64,000 bases of DNA from Alphaproteobacteria bacterium (lineage in GTDB: Bacteria > Pseudomonadota > Alphaproteobacteria > Bin95). The translations under genes were made by a program, and so were the position numbers. Below are positions 1 to 9,947 of the stretch, piece after piece (within the stretch, counting starts at the first letter, position 1; every line of letters begins with the position of its first letter). The notes under the pieces are model-generated. The model saw only the letters and a list, made by a program, of their open reading frames with translations, made no database searches and was not told where the DNA came from. The stretch is taken from NCBI GenBank assembly GCA_965206075.1, contig CBDBIS010000005.1:3455813-3519812 (forward strand), read 5' to 3'.

Positions 1-603
1 GAATTGACCCGGCGCCTGCGCGGCGCCGGCAATGCCGCGCTGGCCTTCGACGGCTTCCTGGGGGAACTCGAGGACTGGAGCGGCGGCTATACGGGCCGCT
101 TCGGCCCCTGGATAGTCGGCGTCGTGGCCGACGAGGACGGCGACCTCGAACTCGGTACGACCTTCCAGCGCCCGGCGGGCACCAGGGACTGGCGGGCAAC
201 CCTGCGCGCCGCCGAGGGCACCTTCGCCCCGGCCGGAGGGTGGCGTTTCGACACCAGGGGCTTCGGCATCGTCGGTGAGGTCATTTACGGCAGCACGACG
301 TTCGATGCGGGCGCGGGCTACGAGCGTTTTTCGTCGAAGGGCCCGGACGCGGACCGCTGGTATTCGTCCACCGGCGTCCGCTGGAAGAAGGGTGCGCTGA
401 CCCTGTCGCTCGAAGGCCAGATCGGCCGCATCGAAGGCAAGGACGAAGCGTCCGCCGCCGTCGGCGCTCAATACGACATCGCGCGGGGGCTGTCCGCGAA
501 TCTGGGCCTCAACCACGCCAAGGCCCGTGTGGCTCTCGACGGCGCTCCCTTCCTGGATATCGAGGAAACGAAGACCGTGGTCTCCTTGAGGTACAGCTTC
601 TAG
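1..603 (+). CDS. Outer-membrane porin-like beta-barrel protein, 5' end outside the window
   Basis: Alternating amphipathic Gly/aromatic beta-strands; C-terminal ...SLRYSF with terminal Phe. Confidence 0.7.
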   Translation, partial: ELTRRLRGAGNAALAFDGFLGELEDWSGGYTGRFGPWIVGVVADEDGDLELGTTFQRPAGTRDWRATLRAAEGTFAPAGGWRFDTRGFGIVGEVIYGSTTFDAGAGYERFSSKGPDADRWYSSTGVRWKKGALTLSLEGQIGRIEGKDEASAAVGAQYDIARGLSANLGLNHAKARVALDGAPFLDIEETKTVVSLRYSF

Positions 604-649
604 ACTTTGCCCTTGGCGGCAATGGCGCGCGCAGCTATAGGCGCAGGCC

Positions 650-1303
650 ATGCTTGCGGTCGTGATTCCGACCCTGAATGCAGCATCCGGTCTGGCCCGG
701 GCGCTGGAATCGCTGGCGCCGGGACGGGAAGGGATCGCGGAAATCGTCGTGGCGGACGGCGGCTCGACCGACGGAACGGTGAAAGTCGCGGAAGCGGGCG
801 GTGCGCGCGCGGTCGAGGCGCCGAGAGGGCGGGGCAGCCAGCTCCGCGCGGGCGCGGCCGCCACCCGCGCGCCGCGGCTGATGTTTCTCCATGCCGATTC
901 CCGTCTCCAGCCGGGCTGGCCGGTGGCGCTTCGGGAGGACGGCCGGGCCGGCTGGTTCCGCCTCCGCCTCGACGACCCGGCCCCGGCGGCGCGGCGCATC
1001 GAGCGGCTCGCGAACTGGCGCGCCCGGCGCTTCGGCCTGCCATACGGAGACCAGGGGCTGGTCCTGCCGCGCGCCCTCTACGACGCTGTCGGCGGCTACC
1101 GCGACATGCCGCTGATGGAGGATGTGGACCTGGTGCGCCGCATCGGGCGGGGCCGGCTCGTCGAACTCGACGGCGAGGTCGTCACCTCTGCGGTCCGCTA
1201 CCGCCGGGACGGCTACTGGCGCCGCCCGCTGCGCAATCTCGCCTGCCTGTCGCTCTTTCTTGCCGGCGTGGCGCCGGAACGGATCGCGGGGCTCTACGAA
1301 TGA
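650..1303 (+). CDS. GT2-family glycosyltransferase (TIGR04283-like)
   Basis: VVIPTLN, VVADGGSTDGT, LMFLHADS, YGDQGL, GGY..PLMEDVDL motifs. Confidence 0.85.
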   Translation: MLAVVIPTLNAASGLARALESLAPGREGIAEIVVADGGSTDGTVKVAEAGGARAVEAPRGRGSQLRAGAAATRAPRLMFLHADSRLQPGWPVALREDGRAGWFRLRLDDPAPAARRIERLANWRARRFGLPYGDQGLVLPRALYDAVGGYRDMPLMEDVDLVRRIGRGRLVELDGEVVTSAVRYRRDGYWRRPLRNLACLSLFLAGVAPERIAGLYE

Positions 1304-1956
1304 GGTCCTGCGGCATGCGGCGCGGCACGGTGGTCGTGATGCTGCGCGAGGCCCGGCTCGGCGCCGTGAAGACACGGCTTGCGGCCGCCATCGGGCCGGC
1401 GCGCGCCGCCGCCTTCTACCGTCGGGTCTCGACGGAACAGGTGCGCCGGTTGGCGGCGGACCGGCGCTGGCGGGTCGTGCTCTCGGTAACGCCCGACGGA
1501 GCCCGCGGCCCCTGGCCCCGCAAGCTCGAACGCATCGGGCAGGGCAGGGGCGATATCGGCGCTCGGATGGATCGCGCTCTCGCCCGCGTGCCCCTGCCGG
1601 CCGTTCTGGTAGGCAGCGACATTCCGGGCCTCCGGCCGCGCCATGTCGCCCGCGCCTTCCGCCGGCTTTGCGGGGCGAGGGCGGTGTTCGGGCCGGCCGA
1701 GGACGGCGGCTTCTGGCTGGTCGGCATCAGGCGCCGCGAGCGCCTCTTCGCCGGCCCCATCCGCTGGTCGCACGCGGAAACGCTGGCCGACGCGCTGGCG
1801 CAACTTCCCTTCCCGGCCGCGCTCGCCGACCGGCTGGCCGATGTCGACGACGGCGCGGCCTGGGCCCGGAATGCGGCCTATCCCGGATTGCTTTCGAACC
1901 CGTCCAGCCGGTCGCGCTCGGCCAGCCCCGTGTTGCGCTCGGCGGCCGGGCCGTAG
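1300..1956 (+). CDS. DUF2064/TIGR04282-like glycosyltransferase
   Basis: ATGA overlap with the upstream gene; GAVKTRLA, QGRGDIGARM, LVGSDIP, GPAEDGGFWLVG, LADVDD motifs. Confidence 0.8.
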   Translation: MRSCGMRRGTVVVMLREARLGAVKTRLAAAIGPARAAAFYRRVSTEQVRRLAADRRWRVVLSVTPDGARGPWPRKLERIGQGRGDIGARMDRALARVPLPAVLVGSDIPGLRPRHVARAFRRLCGARAVFGPAEDGGFWLVGIRRRERLFAGPIRWSHAETLADALAQLPFPAALADRLADVDDGAAWARNAAYPGLLSNPSSRSRSASPVLRSAAGP

Positions 1957-3512
1957 CCGCCCCCGCCGCCGGTGCGGACGGTGAGGCGGTCGCCACGGCT
2001 CAGGGGAAACTGCTGCTTGGACCTGAGCGGGATCTTCCGGCCGCCGCGCTCGACGAAGGTTTCCGCCTTCGCTCCCGGGCCGCCGCCGAACAGGCCCTGG
2101 GCGGCGAACCGGAACCGGTCTCCATAGGTCGCGAAAGTCACGCCATTGTCGAGAATCCGGTAGGTCCGCTGAAATCCCATACCGCCGCGCTGCCGTCCGG
2201 CCCCGCCGGAGGCGGAGCGCAGGCTGTAGTCCTCGACCCGGAAAAACGGATAGTCGCTCTCCATCGCCTCGATGGGAATGTTCGAGCAGTTGGAGAGCAT
2301 CGAATCGACGGCGTCGCAGCCATCGTTCTCCGGGCCCGCCCCGTAACCGCCGCCGAAGATTTCGAGATAGATGTTGTAGCCGCTGTCATGCTTGTGGCTG
2401 AGGCAGCTGACGGTGGTCGTGTCGAAGCCGGGCGCGATCACCCTGTCCGGCACTGCCCCGGCGAGCGCATTCATTACCGCATTCACCACCCGGTAGCTCG
2501 GCAACAGGCGGGCCCTGACCGGCGCGGGCGGCCGCGGATTGACGAGGCAGCCATAGGGTGCGGTCACCGTAATCGCGCGTTCGGCGCCCTCGTTGAACGG
2601 GATGTCCGGATCGGTCAGCACCGCCTTGATGCAGGCGATGGCCGAGGAGACGGTGGAAGCGAAGGGGCTGTTCATGTTGGTGGCGACCTGCGGGGCGGTG
2701 CCGGCGAAATCCACCGCTATCGAATCGCCTTCGATGGTGAGCGTCGCCCTTATCGGCACCGGGTCGTCGCCCGCGCCGTCGTCGTCGAGCCATGCCTCGC
2801 CGCCGTAGGCGCCGTCGGGCGCGGCTGCAATCGCGGCCCGGATGCGGCGCTCGGAATAGTCGAGCATTTCGTCCATGGCCGCGAAGACGGTTTCCTTGCC
2901 GAACTTGCGGCACAGCCCCTTGAGCCGCTCGCCGCCGACCGCGTTGGCGGCGAACTGGGCGTTGATGTCGCCGATGGTGGCCTCCGGCATGCGCACATTG
3001 GCACGCACCAGCCTCTCGAACGGGCCGCCGTTCCAGTCCCGCTCGACCGAATAGCGGCTCGGCGGAAAGGTGATTCCCTCCTCGTGCACGTCGCCGGCAT
3101 CCGGGTTCAGGCCGGGCGCGCCGCCGCCGAGATCGATGTGGTGGACGACGGTGGCCGTAACCCCGACCAGCACGCCGTCCAGGAATATCGGCGAGAACAG
3201 GAAGATGTCCGGCAGGTGCTGCCCGCCGGAATAGGGATCGTTGTTGATGAGGAAGTCCCCGTCCCGGAGCGTCTCCAGCGGATGGTGCTCCAGGCAGGCG
3301 CGAAAGGTGTGCGTAACGGAGCCGAGCTGTATCGGGATGAGGTCCGCCTGGCTGACGACCCGCCCCTTGCGGTCGAGGATCGCGGCGGAACAGTCCTGGG
3401 CCTCGCGGACGACCGGGGAATGGGCCGACCGGATCAACTTGATCCCCATCTCGTCGGCGGCCGCGATCAGGGCCTGGGTGATGACGGCCTGATCGACCGG
3501 CGAAACCTTCAT
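1878..3512 (-). CDS. Hydantoinase B/oxoprolinase family protein
   Basis: SAHSPVVREAQDCS, NNDPYSGGQHLPD, HHIDLGG, TGGGGGYG motifs. Confidence 0.93.
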   Translation of the reverse strand: MKVSPVDQAVITQALIAAADEMGIKLIRSAHSPVVREAQDCSAAILDRKGRVVSQADLIPIQLGSVTHTFRACLEHHPLETLRDGDFLINNDPYSGGQHLPDIFLFSPIFLDGVLVGVTATVVHHIDLGGGAPGLNPDAGDVHEEGITFPPSRYSVERDWNGGPFERLVRANVRMPEATIGDINAQFAANAVGGERLKGLCRKFGKETVFAAMDEMLDYSERRIRAAIAAAPDGAYGGEAWLDDDGAGDDPVPIRATLTIEGDSIAVDFAGTAPQVATNMNSPFASTVSSAIACIKAVLTDPDIPFNEGAERAITVTAPYGCLVNPRPPAPVRARLLPSYRVVNAVMNALAGAVPDRVIAPGFDTTTVSCLSHKHDSGYNIYLEIFGGGYGAGPENDGCDAVDSMLSNCSNIPIEAMESDYPFFRVEDYSLRSASGGAGRQRGGMGFQRTYRILDNGVTFATYGDRFRFAAQGLFGGGPGAKAETFVERGGRKIPLRSKQQFPLSRGDRLTVRTGGGGGYGPAAERNTGLAERDRLDGFESNPG

Positions 3513-5530
3513 GGGCCTGTCCCTTTCCTCAGGATCGCATTGCCGTGCTCGTCGCCCGCGGCTGTCCAGCCCGGCGGCACGTAGATCGTCGCGCTGCCGT
3601 CGTCGATCAGCAGCGGCCCCGTCATGGCGTCCGGGCCGAGTTCCGCGCGGGTGAGCAGCCCGGCATCGAGGGCCTCGCCGCGTTCGGTCAGCGGGGCGCT
3701 GCGGGGACCCGCCGCGCCGTCCGCCGGCGCCCGGCCCATCGCCGGCATGGGCGGCGGCGGCGCCCGGACGCCGACGCGGAACGATACCACCTCGACCGGG
3801 TCTCCGTGCGGCTTCGCGAACTCGAACGCGCGCCGGTGCGCTTCGGCGAACAGGGCGACAAGCTCCGCGGCCTGCAGACGGTCCGGCGCCAGGCCGGAAA
3901 GCGAAACCGGAACCTCGAAGGCCTGCCCCAGATAACGCATCTCCAGCACCCGGTCGAAATCGGCCTCCGCCTCGATCCCGAGCCCGGCGAGATAGTCGCG
4001 GGCTTCTGCCTGCAGCATTTCGACGGTAGCGCGGATGTCCGCCATGTTGGCTTGCGTCACTGCGAGCCGCCGCGTGCGGGTCCGGTAGTGGACATGGTCG
4101 GACAGCAGCAGGCCGGAGGCCGACAGGACACCCGCATTGGGCGGCACGACGACGGTTCCGATGGCCAGGTCTTCGGCCACTCTCGCCGCATGCAGCGGGC
4201 CCGCGCCGCCATAGGGCACCAGCACATAGTCGCGCGGATCGCGCCCGCGTTCGGTGGAGACCCGCTGTATGGCGCGCACGATGCTCACTTCCGCGAGGCG
4301 GACCACACTGTCGGCGAGTTCCTCCGGGGGAAGGCCGAACCTGCCGGCCAGCGGCTCCAGGACCCGGCGGGCGGCCTCGCGGTCCACCGCCATGCGCCCG
4401 CTGAGAAAGGCGTCCGCCCGGAGGGTGCCCCGCACGAGATGGGCGTCCGTCACGGTCGGCCGGTCGCCGCCGCGCCCGTAGCAGGCCGGCCCCGGCACCG
4501 CGCCGGCGGAGCTCGGGCCGACCCTCAGCAGCCCGCCGTCATCGACCCAGGCCAGCGAGCCGCCGCCGGCTCCGACCGAGACGATGTCGATGACCGGCGT
4601 CTTCACGGGCAGGCCGTCGATACGGGTCATCGAAGCGAGTTCGGGCCGACCGTCGGCGATAAGCGCCACATCGGTGCTGGTGCCGCCCATATCGAGCGTA
4701 ATCAGGTTGCGAAACCCTGCGCCGGCAACGCTCCGCACCGCGCCGACCGCGCCTGCCGCCGGCCCCGAGAACAACGCGGAGATGGCGTTGCGCTCCATGG
4801 CTTCGGCAGGCATCCGCCCGCCATTGGACTGCATGATCGAGAACCGCCCGGCGAACCCGCGCCCGGCAAGCGCGGCGGAGAACCGGCTGACATAACCCGC
4901 CATCACGGGCTGCACATAGGCCGCGAGCGCGGCGGTCGAGGCGCGCTCATATTCCCGGAACTCCCGCGTGACATCGCTCGAGCAGGTGACCGGCAGCGCC
5001 GGCGCCGCCTCGCGGACGATCTCCGCCACCGCCCGTTCGTGGTCGGGATTGGCATAGGCATGCAGGAAACAGATCGCCGCCGCCTCGTATTCGCCGTCCG
5101 CCAGCACCTGCCGGACGAGGCGGGCGGTGGCGGCGCGGTCCGGCGCCTTGAGCACCGCGCCGTCGGCTGCGATGCGCTCGTCGATCTCGAACACGTCGCG
5201 CCGCGCCACGACCGGTTCCGGCTTCCGGTAGCGGAGGTCGTAAATCGCGTCCTTGTCGTGCCGCTGCAGCAGCAGCAGGTCGCGGGTGCCCCCGGTCACG
5301 AACAGGCAGACCGCAGCGCCCTTGCGTTCGAGCACGGCGTTGGTCGCCACGGTCGAGCCGTGAACGAGCTCGTCGATCGCCGACGGGTCGAGGCCAGCGG
5401 CGTCCAGCGCATGCATGGCCCCCAGGTCGGGGCTCGCCGGCGTGCTCGGCACTTTCGCCGTCAGCACGGTCTTGCCGTCAACCGCCACCAGGTCGGTGAA
5501 GGTTCCGCCTACCTCGATGCCGACGCGCAT
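3509..5530 (-). CDS. Hydantoinase A/oxoprolinase family protein
   Basis: MRVGIEVGGTFTD, HGSTVATNAVLERKG, SGPAAG, DMGGTSTD, GAGGGS motifs; overlaps the B subunit start. Confidence 0.93.
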   Translation of the reverse strand: MRVGIEVGGTFTDLVAVDGKTVLTAKVPSTPASPDLGAMHALDAAGLDPSAIDELVHGSTVATNAVLERKGAAVCLFVTGGTRDLLLLQRHDKDAIYDLRYRKPEPVVARRDVFEIDERIAADGAVLKAPDRAATARLVRQVLADGEYEAAAICFLHAYANPDHERAVAEIVREAAPALPVTCSSDVTREFREYERASTAALAAYVQPVMAGYVSRFSAALAGRGFAGRFSIMQSNGGRMPAEAMERNAISALFSGPAAGAVGAVRSVAGAGFRNLITLDMGGTSTDVALIADGRPELASMTRIDGLPVKTPVIDIVSVGAGGGSLAWVDDGGLLRVGPSSAGAVPGPACYGRGGDRPTVTDAHLVRGTLRADAFLSGRMAVDREAARRVLEPLAGRFGLPPEELADSVVRLAEVSIVRAIQRVSTERGRDPRDYVLVPYGGAGPLHAARVAEDLAIGTVVVPPNAGVLSASGLLLSDHVHYRTRTRRLAVTQANMADIRATVEMLQAEARDYLAGLGIEAEADFDRVLEMRYLGQAFEVPVSLSGLAPDRLQAAELVALFAEAHRRAFEFAKPHGDPVEVVSFRVGVRAPPPPMPAMGRAPADGAAGPRSAPLTERGEALDAGLLTRAELGPDAMTGPLLIDDGSATIYVPPGWTAAGDEHGNAILRKGTGP

Positions 5531-5814
5531 GCCCGCTCCCGGTTTCCGACGCCCCCGGTCTGCCGGCAGTTCCCGCCTCTTCCGGTCGGAACGGCCGGCC
5601 CGCCTGCCGGGCTTGGATCGGAGCACAGAATCCGGCCTCGCGCACCCCCGATGCCCGCCATGCCAGGGCAATCGCATTCGGATTTGTCATGCGTGAACGC
5701 CCGTGTCATGCCCGAACGCCCTCCCTTCGCCCTCCTTCGCTTGCGGGAGGGAAGCCCCCGCATCCTCCTCGCACGCTCTCGGGGCGGGGCGGTTCGTCGA
5801 AGGCCCCCTGCATT

Positions 5815-6200
5815 GTGTCATGTTTTGTCATGTTCCCCATGCCGCCGCTGAAGCTTTGCGGTTCCGTTCCTGCATATCGTTCCCTCCGCCGCGCTCCGTT
5901 CCGCTCCATGCCGTCCGCGCCGCCGCCGGACCCTTTTTGCGCGCGTATCCTGCGCGCGCGCCCGCGCCCGCCAGCGCGCGTCTTGCGCCGGCGCGGTTCG
6001 CGCACCTGATTGCGCGCGCGAGACGGCGGACGCACGTCTCCTGTCGCCTCCCGCCGGGGCTTTTTTTGCAGGCCCCAGCCATTGCTTCCCTCAGCAGAAA
6101 AGCCGAAAGGCGGCCCCGGGAGCCGCCTCTCTCTACTCCCATCATACTACACTTTCTCTCCAGTCAAGCCTCTGGCGAGAGAAATATGAAAATTTTTCTA
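5815..6200 (-). repeat. Dispersed promoter/leader/short-ORF element, copy 1 (family D)
   Basis: Core 5929-6046 is the reverse complement of 55459-55578; shared CATGACAAAACATGACA motif at 5816-5832; TTGACT...TATGAT promoter-like site at 6167-6141. Confidence 0.8.
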
Positions 6201-6225
6201 CTTTGCCGGAAGACGTACGAATGGA

Positions 6226-6252
6226 GAAAACCGTTACCCATCTATCCGGTTG
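6226..6252. mobile_element. Truncated IS481-like terminal repeat
   Basis: GAAAACCGTTACCCATCTATCCGGT is nearly identical to 56341-56365. Confidence 0.6.
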
Positions 6253-6337
6253 AGGCGCGCGACGCCGCGGGCGGAGGCCTGGGCGCGACCCGGAGGGCGC
6301 CGCGCAGACCATGACCTTGGTGAGAAATCCGGGCTAA
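6251..6337. mobile_element. Partial copy (right end) of the TTAG-MITE (family C)
   Basis: Matches 32502-32550 and 32638-32674; ends TGACCTTGGTGAGAAATCCGGG followed by CTAA. Confidence 0.75.
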
Positions 6338-6484
6338 ACCGGACAGCAATGGACTTGTTCCGGGTATGACGATATGAGGCCGGCCATGCGACCTGCTCGC
6401 AGAATCTTCAAAAGCGATTGCGCTGCGCCATGCTGGGGTAGCCGGCGAAACCGAGGCAGGGAGTGAGGGCTCTGCGCTTTTCCC

Positions 6485-8914
6485 ATGTCCGGCCGGAAAG
6501 ATCCGGCAGCCGGAACGCCGCCTCCCGAGGGGGCGGAGCGTCGGGAAGGCCGCTCGGTGGCTGACCTGTCGGGAGCCGTCGGGCGCCCCGTGCCGCGCCG
6601 GAGCGCAAGGCGGCTGGCCTTCGGGCGCGGCAAATATGCCGGCGACCTGCATTTTCCGGGCCTGCTCCACCTTGCTTTCGTCCGAAGCCCCTACGCACAT
6701 GCGCGCATCCTGAAGATCGACCCTGCGCCGGCGCTCGCCGCAGTGCGGAACGCAAGGGTGTTTACCGGCGCGGACATCGCCAGGGTCTGCGCCCCCTGGC
6801 AGGCGAGGATGGAAAATCTGCCGACGATGGTTTCCCCGCGGCAGCATGCGGTCGCCGTGGACCGGGTCGCCTGGCAGGGTGAGCCTGTCGCTGCGGTCGT
6901 CGCCGCCAGCCGCGCGGAGGCCGAGGACGCCGCGGCCGAGGTCGTCGTCGAATGGGAGCCGCTGCCGGTTGCCGCCGTCCGCGACCGCACGCTCGACGCC
7001 GCCGCCGCGCCAGCCCATCCGGAACTCGGCGGCAATCTCTGCTACGCCACGGCCATCCGGGCCGGCGACCCGGAAACCGCGCTCGCTGAGGCCGCGCATG
7101 TCGTGGAGAGCCGGTTTTCCTTCGCCCGCCACACCGGCGTGCCGCTTGAGCCCAGGGCGGTGATCGCGGACTACGATCCGGGCGAGGGCCGGCTGACCGT
7201 TCATGGCAGCCACCAGGCGCCCTGGCATCAGCAGGACACGCTGTCGCGCCATCTCGGCATCCCCGAACATCTCGTCCGCGTGGTGACGCCCGATATCGGC
7301 GGCGGGTTCGGCATCAAGCTGCACATCTACGGCGAGGAAATCGCGGTCTCGGCCGTCAGCAAGATCCTGGGCCGCCCGGTCAAATATGCTGCCGACCGCA
7401 TGGAATCCTTCGTCAGCGACATCCAGGCCCGCGACCAGTCGGTGGACGCGCGGATGGGCGTGGGCGAGGACGGCAGGATCCTGGGGCTTTCCGTGAATGC
7501 GCTCGCCTCGCTCGGCGCCTACGCTTCCTACGGGCGGACACCGATCAACGAAGGTCTGATGACGATTACGATGGCGGGCGGCCCCTACGCCAACGAGCAC
7601 TATGAGGGCCGGCTCCGCGTCGCCTTCCAGAACAAGCCGCCCTCGGGCATGTATCGCGCGGTCGGCCAGCCGATCGCCTGCGCGGTCACCGAGCAGCTTC
7701 TCGACCGGGCGGCGCACGCCGCCGGCATAGACCCGGTGGAGATGCGCCGGCGCAACTACTGGGCCGAGGATGCCTATCCGCTCCGGACGCCGGGCGGCAT
7801 CGCCATCCGGCGGCTGAGCCTCGGGCAGTGTCTCGACAAGCTGGTTGCAATGATGGGCTATGACGCGCTCCGCACCGAACAGGCGGCGCTGCGCCGAAAC
7901 GGGGTTTATCGCGGCATCGGGGTTGCCACCTTCCTCGAAATGACAGCCATCGGCGCACAGCGCTACGGCCCGGCGGGCGCTCCTATCGGCACACAGGACG
8001 GCGCGACGGTGCGGCTGGAGCCCTCAGGCGGGGTGCGCTGCGTCACCTCCGCGATCGAGCTGGGGCAGGGAACCCTGAGCGCGCTCGCCCAGATCGTCGC
8101 CGATCGCCTCGGGATCGCGCCGGAGGATGTCGGCGTGGTAGGCGGCGATACCGCGCTCACGCCCTATGGCGGCGGCGCCTGGGCCTCGCGCGGCCTGACC
8201 ATCGGCGGCGAGGCGGCCTGGCGGGCGGCAGAGGGCTTGCGGGAGAACATTCTCGAACTTGCCGGCGCAATCCTGCAGGCCGATCCGGCCGACCTCTGCC
8301 TTGCAGGCGGCGCGGTCTGCGAACGGGCTACGGGGGAGGCGCGCCTCGCGCTCGCCGAGATCGGCCGCATCGGCCATTTCCGTCAGGACACGCTGCCGCC
8401 GGGTGTGCAGCCCGAGCTCGCTGTCACCCGCCACTATGTCCCCGACGCCGTCCCCTTCGCGCTCGCCAACGGGGTGCAGGGCTCATGGCTCGAAGTCGAT
8501 GCCGAGACCGGCGAGGTGCGGCTTCTGGGCCATTGGGTGGTCGAGGATTGCGGACGGATCGTCAATCCGCTTCTGGTCGAGGAGCAGATCAGGGGCGGCG
8601 TCGTGCAGGGCATCGGCGGGGCGCTGTTCGAGGAGTGCCGCTACGACGAGCGGGGCCAGTTGCTGAACGGGACGCTGGCCGACTATCCGGTGCCGACGGC
8701 AGCCGGGCTGCCCGACATCCGGGTCGGCCATGTCGAAACCCCGCTCGAGGGCACCGCGCTCGGCGCCAAGGGCGCAGGCGAGGCCGGGACGGTCGGGGCG
8801 CCGGCAGCCGTCCTGCTCGCGGTCAACGATGCTCTCCGGCCTCTGGGCGCAGAGGTCTCGAGCCTGCCGATCACGCCGCAGTCGGTCCTGCGGGCTATTG
8901 CGGCCGTGTCCTGA
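6485..8914 (+). CDS. Xanthine dehydrogenase/CoxL-family molybdopterin-binding large subunit (start may be GTG 6557)
   Basis: RSPYAHARI, PDIGGGFGIK, MYRAVGQP, GQGT, EQIRGGVVQGIG, GAKGAGE motifs. Confidence 0.92.
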   Translation: MSGRKDPAAGTPPPEGAERREGRSVADLSGAVGRPVPRRSARRLAFGRGKYAGDLHFPGLLHLAFVRSPYAHARILKIDPAPALAAVRNARVFTGADIARVCAPWQARMENLPTMVSPRQHAVAVDRVAWQGEPVAAVVAASRAEAEDAAAEVVVEWEPLPVAAVRDRTLDAAAAPAHPELGGNLCYATAIRAGDPETALAEAAHVVESRFSFARHTGVPLEPRAVIADYDPGEGRLTVHGSHQAPWHQQDTLSRHLGIPEHLVRVVTPDIGGGFGIKLHIYGEEIAVSAVSKILGRPVKYAADRMESFVSDIQARDQSVDARMGVGEDGRILGLSVNALASLGAYASYGRTPINEGLMTITMAGGPYANEHYEGRLRVAFQNKPPSGMYRAVGQPIACAVTEQLLDRAAHAAGIDPVEMRRRNYWAEDAYPLRTPGGIAIRRLSLGQCLDKLVAMMGYDALRTEQAALRRNGVYRGIGVATFLEMTAIGAQRYGPAGAPIGTQDGATVRLEPSGGVRCVTSAIELGQGTLSALAQIVADRLGIAPEDVGVVGGDTALTPYGGGAWASRGLTIGGEAAWRAAEGLRENILELAGAILQADPADLCLAGGAVCERATGEARLALAEIGRIGHFRQDTLPPGVQPELAVTRHYVPDAVPFALANGVQGSWLEVDAETGEVRLLGHWVVEDCGRIVNPLLVEEQIRGGVVQGIGGALFEECRYDERGQLLNGTLADYPVPTAAGLPDIRVGHVETPLEGTALGAKGAGEAGTVGAPAAVLLAVNDALRPLGAEVSSLPITPQSVLRAIAAVS

Positions 8915-8934
8915 CGGCCGGGCGGGGAACGGAG

Positions 8935-9930
8935 ATGACCGCGATTCGGGAGTCCGTGCGCTTCCTGTCCGGCGCCGATCTCGACGGCCTCGGCCTCGGC
9001 ATGGGCGAGCTTGTGGACATTCTGGAAGAGGCGTTCAGGACAAAGGCCGCCGGCGAGGTGGCGATGCCGCCCAAGATCTTTTTCCATCGCGACGGTCCGC
9101 GCTTCTACAGCTCGATGGTCAGTGCGAGTCCGGCGCTCGGCTATGCGGGCTGCAAGTGGCAGAGCGGCGACCCCGGCAATCCGGCCGTCGGCCTTCCCTA
9201 CATTCAGGGCCTTTACATCCTGACAGAAGACCGGACAGGACAGATGTGCGCGGTCATGGACGCGGAGTGGATCACGGGCCGGCGCACGGCCGCAGCATCC
9301 GGGCTGGTCATCGGGCATCTGGCGAAGGCGAGCGACCGCACCCTCGGAATTCTCGGTTGCGGATTGCAGGCCCGGGCGCATCTGGAGGCTGCCCATGCCG
9401 TCCGGCCCCGGTTCGACGCATGCGTCTGCTACGACATCGTCCCGGAACGGCAGGAGCGGTTCGTCGCGGAGATGACCGGCAAATTCGGTTTCGGGTCCAT
9501 CCGGGGCATGAGCGGTCCCGAAGAGGTCGTCCGGAACTCGGACGTGCTGGTGACGGGCGGGCCGATCCAGAAGGACCGCAATCCGGTCATTCGCCCCGAT
9601 TGGATCGGATCGGGCACGCTGGTCGTCACCATCGACTATGACAGCTATGTCACCGACGAGGCGATCCGGGCGATGGACCTGGTGCTCACCGACGATCTCG
9701 GACAAATCGAGGATGCGCGGCGCAACGAGGGGAAGTTTCGGGGAGTGAACCGTGTGGACTCCACGCTCGACGAGCTCGTGGCGCATGGAAAGGGGGCGAG
9801 GACGTCCGACGAGCAGCGCATTCTGGCGTTCAACCTCGGCATCGCGCTGGAGGACCTGGCGACGGCGGTCGAGCTGCTGAAGCGGGCCGAGCGGGACGGT
9901 ATCGGGGCGATGCTGCCCATGCGGGCCTGA
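8935..9930 (+). CDS. Ornithine cyclodeaminase/mu-crystallin family protein
   Basis: ITGRRTAAAS, GILGCGLQA, GIALEDLA motifs; GGAG upstream. Confidence 0.9.
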   Translation: MTAIRESVRFLSGADLDGLGLGMGELVDILEEAFRTKAAGEVAMPPKIFFHRDGPRFYSSMVSASPALGYAGCKWQSGDPGNPAVGLPYIQGLYILTEDRTGQMCAVMDAEWITGRRTAAASGLVIGHLAKASDRTLGILGCGLQARAHLEAAHAVRPRFDACVCYDIVPERQERFVAEMTGKFGFGSIRGMSGPEEVVRNSDVLVTGGPIQKDRNPVIRPDWIGSGTLVVTIDYDSYVTDEAIRAMDLVLTDDLGQIEDARRNEGKFRGVNRVDSTLDELVAHGKGARTSDEQRILAFNLGIALEDLATAVELLKRAERDGIGAMLPMRA

Positions 9931-9947
9931 CCGCCGGACCGGCCCCC

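Noticed and set aside
5689-6314. Overlapping 100-200 aa ORFs in repeat regions (also 55324-56555 and 19787-20724)
   Set aside because: Translations of repeat or intron sequence, R/P/A-rich, with no recognisable motifs
6485-8914. True aerobic CO dehydrogenase (coxL)
   Set aside because: Lacks the AYxCSFR motif and has no adjacent coxMS or accessory genes
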